From positions 34,609 to 98,608 of the IMG/VR virus record IMGVR_UViG_3300031703_000599: a DNA stretch of 64,000 nt; one strand, given 5' to 3'. The notes beneath the pieces were generated by a model that made no database searches, had not been told where the DNA came from, and worked only from the letters and a program-made list of their open reading frames with translations. A program made the position numbers and the translations under genes. Positions 26,239-35,575 of the stretch are shown in pieces; position 1 is the first letter of the stretch, and every line of letters starts with the position of its first letter. Source of the DNA: a virus.

Positions 26239-26813
26239 TAGAAGTTACCGTAGTCGCGTTCACATTCCCATGGAAACACAATCCATGCATCGCGTTCTGA
26301 TTTATCAATATCCATTGCAGTGTAATCAACTTCACCAAAATTGCTACTTGTATTATCAAGTAATGTAGCAAATCTAACATTATTGCCCCATACTGTATCC
26401 CAATTAGAATCATTAGGAAGGCATGTACTTTGCCAATCATCTTTGATCCATTGCATTGTTTTACCGCTGTCGTTGATGTCATCAAGGATAAGAATATTTT
26501 TACGAGCGTCGATGTCTGACCGAGTAGCATCTGGATCAAATCCATCAGTGTCTTTGTCTACATAGCCAAACGCTTCCTCTGACATCCAGCAATTACTTTC
26601 TGGGCCTTCTTCTCTTGAGATGTCTCTAAAGCGAACATCTAGTGTATGCATCGGAATGCCTGTCATGTTTGACATAATCACTGATGGAACAAGTCCGCCA
26701 CGTGTAATGCCTACAATGTAATCAGGGCGCCAGTTGTCAGCGTACATTAGATTGTTTAACGTTACAATCATATGTTCCACATCTTTCCAATTATAGTGTA
26801 CTTTGTTGATCAT
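26238..26813 (-). CDS. type I (purine-like) phosphoribosyltransferase
   Basis: VGITRGGL, ILILDDINDSGKT PRPP-binding loop, WIVFPWE (Gpt-like). Confidence 0.9.
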   Translation of the reverse strand: MINKVHYNWKDVEHMIVTLNNLMYADNWRPDYIVGITRGGLVPSVIMSNMTGIPMHTLDVRFRDISREEGPESNCWMSEEAFGYVDKDTDGFDPDATRSDIDARKNILILDDINDSGKTMQWIKDDWQSTCLPNDSNWDTVWGNNVRFATLLDNTSSNFGEVDYTAMDIDKSERDAWIVFPWECERDYGNF

Positions 26814-27016
26814 TGTGTATTCTCCAAGGGTTGTGTGTATGTTACGTTCTGTGAAATTGTGCGTACTTCTAGTTGCTTTACAGTAGCTAAGTACAGATTT
26901 GTAAAACTCATATCAATATGCACTTCGTTTTCTTGTAGTAGTTTATACGTGTTGTTAAGTGCTTGCACCTGAGTGTACAAGTTGTCTACTAATTCTTCTA
27001 CAATAGGATCTATCAT
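26810..27016 (-). CDS. hypothetical protein
   Basis: ORF track; coupled between folE and the PRTase. Confidence 0.5.
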   Translation of the reverse strand: MIDPIVEELVDNLYTQVQALNNTYKLLQENEVHIDMSFTNLYLATVKQLEVRTISQNVTYTQPLENTQ

Positions 27017-27699
27017 CGAGGTGCAAACTCCTGTTGTAATTTAATGTTGTTAAAGAATTCAGTCTTGGTGCCTGAGTCATCTTTAAATGCACCTTTAAGT
27101 ACTGTTGTCTGTGTTAAGCTACTGTGTGCCATAATGCCGCGGTTCTCACAACACCCATGTGTTGCTTGAATGTACACACCTAAGTGTTCAGCGCCTGTGG
27201 CATTGCCTATTTCACGTGCAATATCATTTGCAAGTTCTTCTTGTAGCGTTCCACGCCTAGCGCACCATTGTGCAATACGTGTATACTTGGACAATCCAAT
27301 AAGTTTGTCTGATGCAATAATACCAATGTATGCTATGCCGCTTACTGGCTGGTGGTGATGTGAACACATACTTTTAAGTTCGCTACGTACTACTAACATG
27401 CCATCGTATCGATCTTCGCTGTCATTTGGAAATGCAGTTGCAGTGGGCATAACGTCATAGCGTCCTGCCATTATCTCATTAAAATACATTTTAGCTAAAC
27501 GCTTTGCTGTACCTTTTGAGTTGGGATCATTTTCACGATCAATCAGTAGTGCATCTAATACGCCCTCAAACGCAACAGTTGCGTCAAGTATGAGGTGTTC
27601 TTTGTCACCTGGTTCTAGTACTGCTGAAATGTTATCGCCGGCCCAGTAACGAATATTTTCTTTCTGAAGTAGGGCCTTAATATGTTCTGCTTTGCTCAA
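27013..27699 (-). CDS. folE: GTP cyclohydrolase I
   Basis: SMCSHHHQP, GLSKYTR, LQEEL, HGCCENRG. Confidence 0.95.
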   Translation of the reverse strand: MSKAEHIKALLQKENIRYWAGDNISAVLEPGDKEHLILDATVAFEGVLDALLIDRENDPNSKGTAKRLAKMYFNEIMAGRYDVMPTATAFPNDSEDRYDGMLVVRSELKSMCSHHHQPVSGIAYIGIIASDKLIGLSKYTRIAQWCARRGTLQEELANDIAREIGNATGAEHLGVYIQATHGCCENRGIMAHSSLTQTTVLKGAFKDDSGTKTEFFNNIKLQQEFAPR

Positions 27700-27714
27700 T
27701 TTAATTCTCCGAGT

Positions 27715-28674
27715 TTAAGACGTGGATGTCTTAGTTGTTTTGCTATAATAATTATACGCTGATTTTATAATTTCGTCAAGTCCAAATTTAGGTGTCCAGT
27801 GTAACTTCTCTGTGGAAGTTACATCAGCAACTAATTTAGCAGGATCGCCTTCTCTGCGTTCTGCGTATATTGCTTGTGGCTTCAATGGAGTGTGTTCTGT
27901 TATTGCGTTAAACACCTCTTGATTACTGTAACCAGATCCGCTTCCTAGATTAAATATCTTAGCGACTGGCATTTTATACTTCTGTAAGTATGCAAACGCA
28001 CAACTGATGCCATGCGCGATATCTTTAACATGTACATAATCTCTAATACATGTTCCATCTGGTGTATTGTAATCGTTGCCGTAAAATGTAAACGGCTTGT
28101 CTTTCATTGCTGATTCCATAATACGTGCAATAATATGTGTGGCTTGTTTTTCTTGTCCTAGATTTAAATCGGCATCAGCGCCTGCAACATTAAAGAAACG
28201 AAGACTAACACTGCTTATATCATGTGCTCTCGCATAATCAGTAAGCATTATTTCAGTCATTCGCTTGCTCCACCCATATGGATTTAGAGGAGTAGAACCA
28301 TCTTCAATGCGACAGACGCCGCTGTCAACTTCACCGTAACAGGCTGCTGAACTTGCAAACACAAACTGGTTAACGTTTGCTTCCTTACACGCGTCCAGCA
28401 ATGCTAGAGTACCTTGTACGTTGTTTTTATAATATGTACTTGGGTCTAACATGCTTGGGCCAACTAGACTAGTTGCTGCGATATGAGCAACTCCATCAAC
28501 ACCTTGAAGAAGATCTTGAATGTCACTGAAGTCACGACCACTATGGAATTCATCAAAGAATGTGTGCCGTACTTCGTTTCGGTCAATGCCAATCACATAA
28601 TGTCCTCTTTCCTTGAGATAATTACATGTCTGGCTACCAATGTAGCCTGCTGCTCCTGTTACTAGTATTCTCAT
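27715..28674 (-). CDS. galE: UDP-glucose 4-epimerase
   Basis: LVTGAAGYIGS, FASSAACYG, PYGWSK, LRFFNVAGA, TPDGTCIRDYVHV. Confidence 0.93.
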   Translation of the reverse strand: MRILVTGAAGYIGSQTCNYLKERGHYVIGIDRNEVRHTFFDEFHSGRDFSDIQDLLQGVDGVAHIAATSLVGPSMLDPSTYYKNNVQGTLALLDACKEANVNQFVFASSAACYGEVDSGVCRIEDGSTPLNPYGWSKRMTEIMLTDYARAHDISSVSLRFFNVAGADADLNLGQEKQATHIIARIMESAMKDKPFTFYGNDYNTPDGTCIRDYVHVKDIAHGISCAFAYLQKYKMPVAKIFNLGSGSGYSNQEVFNAITEHTPLKPQAIYAERREGDPAKLVADVTSTEKLHWTPKFGLDEIIKSAYNYYSKTTKTSTS

Positions 28675-29852
28675 GTATACTTTGCCTCCGAAACATGATC
28701 TCTGTAGCGGTTGCCACTTCGCAACCATTGTTTGCCATTTCCTTGCATAATATCAATCATACGATCAATTGTGCCATTGTTCCAATCACTTATTTTACCC
28801 ATGTTCTCGCTTGGTTTGTCTAGTCCTGCAAGGATTTTCTCCACTGCATGTTCTTTACTCCAAGGTGAATATAGGCGTGTGTGATCGTTAGCAAAGGTTT
28901 CAGGAAAACTACGATATGCAGGATAAACTACATTGCAACCTAGTGCATCTGCTTCACTGACGGTATTGGATACCCAGTCTTGCAATGCGCAATTGAACAT
29001 AACTTTCGAATCATTAACGATTTGATAGTATTGGTCCTTTTGTAGGTTTTCGTAAATTTTCAGCTTACCTTGTTTTTGCATACTTCTAGCACGGTCAAGA
29101 TACTTCTGGTTATTGCTACGTAGCGGTCCGCCGCTTAGTACTGAGAACTCAACGTCTGGGCGTTCAGCTAGTACCATTTCGATAACATCCATATAAAAAT
29201 CTGGTTGCTTCTCTTGATCAAATCGAGCTGCAAAAGTTACACGATTACTTCTTTGATCAAATGGCTTAACGTTATTAACTCCACCAATTCTGTTTAGTAC
29301 CTCATCCTTGCCGAAGCTAAGACCTGAGATATTATACAGTGGTGCAGTCCAATTTGCAATACGCATGTTAGCAACCATCTCTTCATTTGTTGCTAGCACT
29401 GTTGCAAATTCACCTACCATTTGCTCATACAAGCTCATCCATTTGCTCATACCCCATACGTGTACAAAGTCATCTGGATCTATTGCTTGTGCTAAACACC
29501 TTACATAAACTGTAGGGCGCTGGTCTTCTGGAATTTGATTCATAATGTATGGCAAGCTTTCAATGCCAGGTTGGAACATGTCTTCAAAGAAAACAACATC
29601 TTCACCTGAGCATTGTCCATTGCGCATCATCTGAACTAAGTTCATCAGTTGACTCATTCCAAAGTAACTACGTCCGTGAGCATCAAGTACTTGCCCTACA
29701 CTAATACTCTTAGTGTCGTCTATAGTTTCTCCTGGAACAACTACATAGTCTAACCCTCGCTTACGAAACACTGCTTCGGCCCAGTCTTGCAACTGGAGAG
29801 TATAACGGCCTTCGTATGGCTCAAGTCCCATGTAGAATAGTTTACGAAACAT
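28671..29852 (-). CDS. GT-B fold glycosyltransferase (GT4-like)
   Basis: FAARFDQEKQP; QDWVSNTVSEADALGCNVVYP...SFPE C-terminal motif. Confidence 0.75.
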   Translation of the reverse strand: MFRKLFYMGLEPYEGRYTLQLQDWAEAVFRKRGLDYVVVPGETIDDTKSISVGQVLDAHGRSYFGMSQLMNLVQMMRNGQCSGEDVVFFEDMFQPGIESLPYIMNQIPEDQRPTVYVRCLAQAIDPDDFVHVWGMSKWMSLYEQMVGEFATVLATNEEMVANMRIANWTAPLYNISGLSFGKDEVLNRIGGVNNVKPFDQRSNRVTFAARFDQEKQPDFYMDVIEMVLAERPDVEFSVLSGGPLRSNNQKYLDRARSMQKQGKLKIYENLQKDQYYQIVNDSKVMFNCALQDWVSNTVSEADALGCNVVYPAYRSFPETFANDHTRLYSPWSKEHAVEKILAGLDKPSENMGKISDWNNGTIDRMIDIMQGNGKQWLRSGNRYRDHVSEAKYT

Positions 29853-30213
29853 CTTCTGTTCCGTTGGATTTGTAAGCTAATTTCCCAACGTGGATTTTTA
29901 GCTTCTTTGATGAACGTTCGCGTTGCATCTGCACCTGAATATCAAATGTAAATGCGTTTTGCTTCTCAGTTGAAGCAACATCAAATCCAAATACTTTGTA
30001 TGATCCGCGTAGATCATTTAAGTAAGCGATAAACAACGATCGAATTGCCGACACATCCTTGTGGTTAAACATGTATCCATCAAATGGTTGAATGATTTTT
30101 AGTAGGTCGTACTTCACGTCATTAATGTTGTAATGACCGGAGATACGGTACTTGTCTGTACTCGCTGCCCGTTTGGGTGCTGTACTTTGCCTAGTTGGTG
30201 TAGTGCTTGACAT
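29842..30213 (-). CDS. hypothetical protein
   Basis: ORF track. Confidence 0.6.
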   Translation of the reverse strand: MSSTTPTRQSTAPKRAASTDKYRISGHYNINDVKYDLLKIIQPFDGYMFNHKDVSAIRSLFIAYLNDLRGSYKVFGFDVASTEKQNAFTFDIQVQMQRERSSKKLKIHVGKLAYKSNGTEDVS

Positions 30214-30239
30214 TTCATATATTCCTTCGTCAATTATTA

Positions 30240-30644
30240 TTAAATAGGTTCAAAAGTTAGTGTTGCGCCGTTTTCATTATCTTCTGCTACTGTAATAGTA
30301 ATAGAACGGCCTTTGTATTTGTTGTGAATTTCCTCTGCTAGCTCTTCTGCAATCATCTCACAACTTCTATGATTAAGCTTTAATACTGAGGTAGAACTAT
30401 CTACTTCTGCATACAGCGATTCCAGCCAACGTTTGAATTGAATAAATTCAATATCTCTGTCGTCATGGAATACTTCAATTGCTACTTTAAAGTGAAAGAT
30501 GTGCCTATGTGCCACTCCTAAAAATGAAACATCATCCCATCCACCTGTGGCAAGTAATGGATCATCTTTCGCAGCAGGATACAAGTGTACTCCTTCTCGT
30601 TGAAATGTAACCCATACTTGTCGTGTTGCAATAGCTAATGCCAT
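30240..30644 (-). CDS. queD: QueD-like / 6-pyruvoyltetrahydropterin synthase-like T-fold protein
   Basis: EGVH...HRHIFH zinc His cluster, DIEF, SCEMIA, VAED; same operon as folE. Confidence 0.65.
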   Translation of the reverse strand: MALAIATRQVWVTFQREGVHLYPAAKDDPLLATGGWDDVSFLGVAHRHIFHFKVAIEVFHDDRDIEFIQFKRWLESLYAEVDSSTSVLKLNHRSCEMIAEELAEEIHNKYKGRSITITVAEDNENGATLTFEPI

Positions 30645-30645
30645 G

Positions 30646-30825
30646 TTACTTCCTTGCTTCTTCGTCTTGCTTACGGAATAGCTTTAGCATTTCCCATAAC
30701 TTCCAATCAATTGCTTCAAGGTATTTCATTAGTGCATCAGCATCAATGTTAGATGACTGTGCAGTTTCTGTAGTTTCTGTAGTTTCTGTTTCTTCTTCGT
30801 TAAGAAGTCTTACTTTTTTAACCAT
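30646..30825 (-). CDS. small hypothetical protein
   Basis: Manual ORF MVKKVRLLNEEET...IDWKLWEML with AAGGAG RBS. Confidence 0.55.
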   Translation of the reverse strand: MVKKVRLLNEEETETTETTETAQSSNIDADALMKYLEAIDWKLWEMLKLFRKQDEEARK

Positions 30826-30836
30826 GGTGATCTCCT

Positions 30837-31385
30837 TTATTTGATTATATGGTCTGACGTGTATTGATCCCAGTTTGTAAATACACTGCGATCCATTAAA
30901 GTGCGTAGGCTATGAACCCATACACCATCGTTAGTAGAATCAAAATCAACATCGTCGATCTTAATGCTAGCGTTGTACCCCATCTGATCTACATACGGAA
31001 TTCGTACACTTATCATTGGAATAAATCTGCGATGCTCAGTGAGCCCTTCTTCAAGAACCCATTCAGCTTGCGCAGGTTGAAAGTCTAAAGTAACCCAAAA
31101 ATCAGCATCGAGCAATGCACGAATTAGTGTTGCCCAATGCTGATGTATATCTGCGTCTACTTCTGCAATAGATGTGTACTCTGAAACATCGAAGCTCATG
31201 TTTGCGCCCGTGTAAATGTGATTACATCCGTGTGCGTTTGCTTCGTCAATAATATCATCAACTGTATGGTCATTGCCTACAACAAATAGTGTAGTCATTC
31301 CATGTGCTGGTGTGCGTTCTATTTCGCTGCCAACAAACATAGTGACGCCAGTTTTATTATTTTCAGTTTCGTAATTACGTTTCAT
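30837..31385 (-). CDS. hypothetical protein of the deazaguanine operon
   Basis: ORF track; FVGxEIERTP...TLFVVG...KIDD...NxGVW. Confidence 0.7.
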   Translation of the reverse strand: MKRNYETENNKTGVTMFVGSEIERTPAHGMTTLFVVGNDHTVDDIIDEANAHGCNHIYTGANMSFDVSEYTSIAEVDADIHQHWATLIRALLDADFWVTLDFQPAQAEWVLEEGLTEHRRFIPMISVRIPYVDQMGYNASIKIDDVDFDSTNDGVWVHSLRTLMDRSVFTNWDQYTSDHIIK

Positions 31386-31580
31386 TTATCTACCTTGCAA
31401 TTCAATTTCTAATTTACGTAGTTTTTCTTTTAAGGATAACTTCAGCTTTTTCATTTCTGTTAACACTTCATCCTTTATATGTTTATTGTACGCTTCTTTT
31501 ATGCTGCTGTCAAGCTCTTTGTGCTTTTCTTTCAGACTTTTCTTGTAACGCATTAAACTATTTTTAGTACCTGTACCCAT
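31386..31580 (-). CDS. small coiled-coil protein (DUF465/YdcH-like)
   Basis: LKEKHKELD...MKKLKLSLKEKL. Confidence 0.65.
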   Translation of the reverse strand: MGTGTKNSLMRYKKSLKEKHKELDSSIKEAYNKHIKDEVLTEMKKLKLSLKEKLRKLEIELQGR

Positions 31581-31603
31581 GTTAGTCTCCTTTAATATTG
31601 TTA

Positions 31604-33097
31604 TTATAGACGCTGTAGGAACTCTTCTGCTCTCGCAGCATCTTCATCAGTAAAGTCGCTATGTAGTGTGTCGCCCCAACTTGCATCAAACAAGTTATCA
31701 AATGCAGATGATGATGTTGCAATGCTTCGTTGACCACTGAAGTCTGCTAACATTGGACGTGCATCTTCTAACATCTGCATTGGCGTTTCGCTTTTAAACA
31801 ATTCATCAATGAAGTTAACAACATAAATTACATTACGTGGTACCCATGTATCAAACTCATCAATCTTCTTACCAGGCTTGACTTTCTGCCAGTGCCTGTA
31901 ACTTGGCTTAAAGCGTTGTGTAGCGACATCAGCTAATTGGTTAGCACGTTGTACACTATCAATATGTGTGTAAACATTGTGTGCCATCATTAGGAAGTAG
32001 CTAAAGCTATCCCAACTTGTCTTGCCTTCTTTACCTATTTTATTAAGCATGCCTGGTTTGTACCAACAAATATCACCCATGTTAAGACGTTCAGCAATTG
32101 GACCTGCAAACGGGAATGGTGTTTCACTTCCTGCAAACATCTTGTCATCAATTGCTCCTTCCATTACATAACCAAACTTGTCATTGCGCAAGTTGTTTTG
32201 CGTATACATCTGGCCTTTAGCTGTAGTAATGAATGGACTTGCTGCATCATATGTAACCATCATGTTTTCATTTACAGTTTCGCGTAGATTACGCTGAATT
32301 GCTGTAAACACACAACCCCAGTCAAGTTTTGCTGTACCGAGATAGTGAACTAAGTCACGTCCAGGGTCTAGCATATGCTCATCTCGCATAACAATAAGTC
32401 TGCGTAGCATTAGATGCAACTGCTTCATGTTATAACCAGCCATTGCCCAACCCTCAAACGGGTAGTGCTTAACAGCATCGTACCAGATGTCAGCAGTGTG
32501 TTCATCGTTGCCTTGCAAGACGTTCATGAACTTTGTTTTACCTTGCCTGTTACGTACAAAGTAATCATTGTTAAACTTAGTATAGTCTAAACAATCACCA
32601 AAGCTTTTTAGTCCTGTCTTTTCATTAAGTGGTGGTAACGCTGCCAGTGTAGGAATATCCAACACCATGCTATAATCACTAGTATGTTCCAACCAGTTAA
32701 GGATACCTGACCGTAGTTTGTCGTCTGTTTTAAAGTTAGCCCAGTCGCATTTAATAACACCCTTTGCAATCTGGAATCCACCAGAGTCACCTAAGATGAA
32801 ACTTTTACTACGGTCACGCTTTTGGATCATGCACTCTTGTTCGTCACTTTTATCTGTGTCCAAGAGTGCATGTCCTGCACTATAAAGACCCCACTTATAA
32901 TTGTAGTATGTGTCTGCTTCTTTTAAGAAGTCGCATCCATCAATGCCAAACTCAAACCCATTAGGCATGCGTTCGTCACTTAGATACCCAGGCTTGCGCC
33001 GTTGGTTACTAATCATTTTAGAATAAAAGCTACTGATACTAGGCAGAAATACTGCATAGTCCTTGTTAGACTCTGTGAGGTTTCGTTGTGCTACCAT
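31604..33097 (-). CDS. dpdA: TGT-fold guanine transglycosylase, probably DNA-acting DpdA
   Basis: GDSGGFQ, VLDIP, VLQG, GWAMAG, HYLG, YDAASP, MAHN motifs of TGT/DpdA; co-located with folE and QueD-like genes. Confidence 0.75.
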   Translation of the reverse strand: MVAQRNLTESNKDYAVFLPSISSFYSKMISNQRRKPGYLSDERMPNGFEFGIDGCDFLKEADTYYNYKWGLYSAGHALLDTDKSDEQECMIQKRDRSKSFILGDSGGFQIAKGVIKCDWANFKTDDKLRSGILNWLEHTSDYSMVLDIPTLAALPPLNEKTGLKSFGDCLDYTKFNNDYFVRNRQGKTKFMNVLQGNDEHTADIWYDAVKHYPFEGWAMAGYNMKQLHLMLRRLIVMRDEHMLDPGRDLVHYLGTAKLDWGCVFTAIQRNLRETVNENMMVTYDAASPFITTAKGQMYTQNNLRNDKFGYVMEGAIDDKMFAGSETPFPFAGPIAERLNMGDICWYKPGMLNKIGKEGKTSWDSFSYFLMMAHNVYTHIDSVQRANQLADVATQRFKPSYRHWQKVKPGKKIDEFDTWVPRNVIYVVNFIDELFKSETPMQMLEDARPMLADFSGQRSIATSSSAFDNLFDASWGDTLHSDFTDEDAARAEEFLQRL

Positions 33098-33101
33098 TGT
33101 A

Positions 33102-33851
33102 TTATACCGTTAATGCTGGCAAGATATAGTCGTACTTGCCAATTCCACTATCCACACTAATTTGTAGTGCGCCGCGTTTTGAGATTTGCATTACACATGC
33201 ACCGCTCATTCCTAATTTTAAGATTGCAAGCACTTGTGCAAGTGGCCATGCATAACCTTCATTGAGCTCTCCGTTTACATTCTTAGCAAATGTACGCTTG
33301 CCTGTAAACGATCCGTCTGGCGCTCCAACTGTAATAATCAAATCACTGCCTTCAGTTTTAACTGTAAAGTTAGGCTCAATGCCTCCATAAATGCCTGCAA
33401 TTGCTTGTAGCTCACTTACCTTAGCTTTAGTTGGTTCAAATGTAACGTCCCAATCAGCACCTTTAAACTTAACAGTTTGCAGTGTTTGTTCGATAATCTC
33501 TTTAGACATAAATCGATATTGGTCTGTGTTGCCATCAACATCTTTGAACAACAAATGATCTGGTGTTTGTACACCATTGCGTTCGCGCGATACAACTTCT
33601 AATGTTGCGTCTTCTGTTTGATAGTTAGACAAAGATGATACGCCTGCTAGGAAACCTAAGTTACCTAAGCCAAACTCGCCTTTGAATTCTGGTGTTACAT
33701 CATGTAACTCTGCATGCAAAATTACTGTACGGTCTGCATCCATTGCATCAAGCTCTGTTGATTCATCTGTGCCAGTTACCTTTACATTGGTAATAAAGCC
33801 TAACCCTGCGGTGTGCTTTACGATATCCTGTACTACGTCACGTGTACTCAT
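33102..33851 (-). CDS. putative sliding clamp (gp45/PCNA-like)
   Basis: About 250 aa, beta-rich pattern, AMDxxR near the N-terminus, C-terminal YDYILPA like clamp termini. Confidence 0.5.
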   Translation of the reverse strand: MSTRDVVQDIVKHTAGLGFITNVKVTGTDESTELDAMDADRTVILHAELHDVTPEFKGEFGLGNLGFLAGVSSLSNYQTEDATLEVVSRERNGVQTPDHLLFKDVDGNTDQYRFMSKEIIEQTLQTVKFKGADWDVTFEPTKAKVSELQAIAGIYGGIEPNFTVKTEGSDLIITVGAPDGSFTGKRTFAKNVNGELNEGYAWPLAQVLAILKLGMSGACVMQISKRGALQISVDSGIGKYDYILPALTV

Positions 33852-33882
33852 TTATTGCTCCTATGGTTTTATGTATGTACTA

Positions 33883-33911
33883 ATTATATACTGGTATTTA
33901 GGTTTTGTCAA
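33883..33911 (-). promoter_or_regulatory. sigma70-type promoter for the clamp-dpdA operon
   Basis: TTGACA-N17-TATAAT. Confidence 0.7.
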
Positions 33912-33953
33912 GCAAAACTTTGATATACGAGTTAAAAACTTTGATTTTATATA

Positions 33954-34268
33954 TCATTGCTCTGTTACTAACTTATTATAAGTATTTTCAATTTCCCATC
34001 GTATCCATCCTAGAACAGTATCAGTGTCAATATTCTCATTAATCCATTCGTACTTGCCAATGCCTGTACTAAATAAATGATCTCTGAATTCTTTCTTGAT
34101 ATTATCTTCTAAGTCTTCAATGTGGTTTGAAGGGCCTTGGAATACATTTGTAAACTTTATTTCAATTCCGCAATGCCCTTCATATTTACGTTTGCGATTC
34201 TCTATGTTGCTAGTAATGCCAAAGCATGTCTTGCCTGTAGCATTACTCCATATGTATAAGTAGCGCAT
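33954..34268 (-). CDS. GIY-YIG/T5orf172-like nuclease domain protein
   Basis: YLYIW...CFGITSNIENR...LED...EWI. Confidence 0.6.
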   Translation of the reverse strand: MRYLYIWSNATGKTCFGITSNIENRKRKYEGHCGIEIKFTNVFQGPSNHIEDLEDNIKKEFRDHLFSTGIGKYEWINENIDTDTVLGWIRWEIENTYNKLVTEQ

Positions 34269-34270
34269 AC

Positions 34271-35464
34271 TTAAATTCCGTTGTACTTATTAATATGCTT
34301 ATCATTTAATGGTGGATAGTTTTCATCATTTTCATCACACCAGTTGTAGAAGTCAAGTATTAAGATGCTCAGTAAACAGTTCTCACTCCAGCCGCCTGGG
34401 AGATTATGTTGGCGGTTAAACGCTTCTAGGCGTGTCTTACATGTTTTATGAAACTTACTTGGACTTGCATATGTTTCTTTAAAGAACGACATTAATGCAT
34501 CTTGCCATTCGCGTGTGATTGTAACTTTGCTCTTACGTGCTAATTTAGCGTAACGACCTAGGGCAAGTATAAAACCGCCATCAACACCTTTTTCATTTGC
34601 AAAATAACGATCATGTAATGTTAATGCAAACTCTAGATCAGTCTTAGCACTATCAAAGTCTTCTGTTTCAGTTTCAGCAATCTTATTAAGTCCTGTAATG
34701 TAAGTAACCATTCCTGGCTTTGCGCCTTGTCCACGTGCTTCCACTGCTGGGCGCGTGTACATGTTATTGTTCTCAACAATTGATTGTACTACTTCTGCGT
34801 GTACATCTTCATCTAGTGTGCTTCCATAGTTACGTACACCACTTACACGTGATTTGTGCATAAAGTAAGGCTCAACTGCTTTGCGGCCTTTGTAATTGAT
34901 TAACCGGAATAGGAAGTTACCAAACGCTTCGCCTTTAATATCACTGCCTGGAACTGTTGCTAGCTCATCTATTACTTTGCATGGGACAACGAAGTCTTTC
35001 TCAATTACACCTGCTTCGTGTAAGATATACAATGCTATGCTTGTGTGTTGACCTTCTGGAATGCTGTAGCGGCCATTCTTTAGTTTAATTGTGTTTACTA
35101 CTTGTACTGCACGTGGGTCAAATGTGCGGATAATGTGTGCAATATGGTCCCAGTCTGGATCACGTTGGTTGTCGATGTTGACGTCCAGCTTATCAAATTC
35201 TACTAGTTCAATACGACCAAAATGTTCTGTTGTATAACTTTTGCCATTAGTGCGATTTCGCAAGTCATTGATTGCGTCTTTGATTGTTTGTCGATGTGAG
35301 GATGTTTTTGTTGGAGCTGTGCGCACTTCTAGGTCTTCGTATAGATCGTTACCGCGTTGTGCTTCTAATGCGTTCTCGATTTTGCTTAATGAGAATGGAT
35401 TCTGTGCTCGTTTGATTGGAGTACGTTCTTTGAATAATGCAGACTGTGTTGTTTCAGTTGTCAT
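34271..35464 (-). CDS. ParB/Srx-like (DGQHR-type) domain protein
   Basis: NQRD...FDP...IPEGQHT motif pair. Confidence 0.55.
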   Translation of the reverse strand: MTTETTQSALFKERTPIKRAQNPFSLSKIENALEAQRGNDLYEDLEVRTAPTKTSSHRQTIKDAINDLRNRTNGKSYTTEHFGRIELVEFDKLDVNIDNQRDPDWDHIAHIIRTFDPRAVQVVNTIKLKNGRYSIPEGQHTSIALYILHEAGVIEKDFVVPCKVIDELATVPGSDIKGEAFGNFLFRLINYKGRKAVEPYFMHKSRVSGVRNYGSTLDEDVHAEVVQSIVENNNMYTRPAVEARGQGAKPGMVTYITGLNKIAETETEDFDSAKTDLEFALTLHDRYFANEKGVDGGFILALGRYAKLARKSKVTITREWQDALMSFFKETYASPSKFHKTCKTRLEAFNRQHNLPGGWSENCLLSILILDFYNWCDENDENYPPLNDKHINKYNGI

Positions 35465-35531
35465 TTGACTTGCCTCTGTTTGTGCTATCAGTTAAGATTG
35501 AGTAGTACAGTTAATTTATACTACAATTACT

Positions 35532-35560
35532 AATATAACATTGGTTCATGTTTCTGTCAA
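35532..35560 (-). promoter_or_regulatory. sigma70-type promoter
   Basis: TTGACA-N17-TATATT, TG-extended. Confidence 0.6.
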
Positions 35561-35575
35561 CCTATAAGTATTTTA

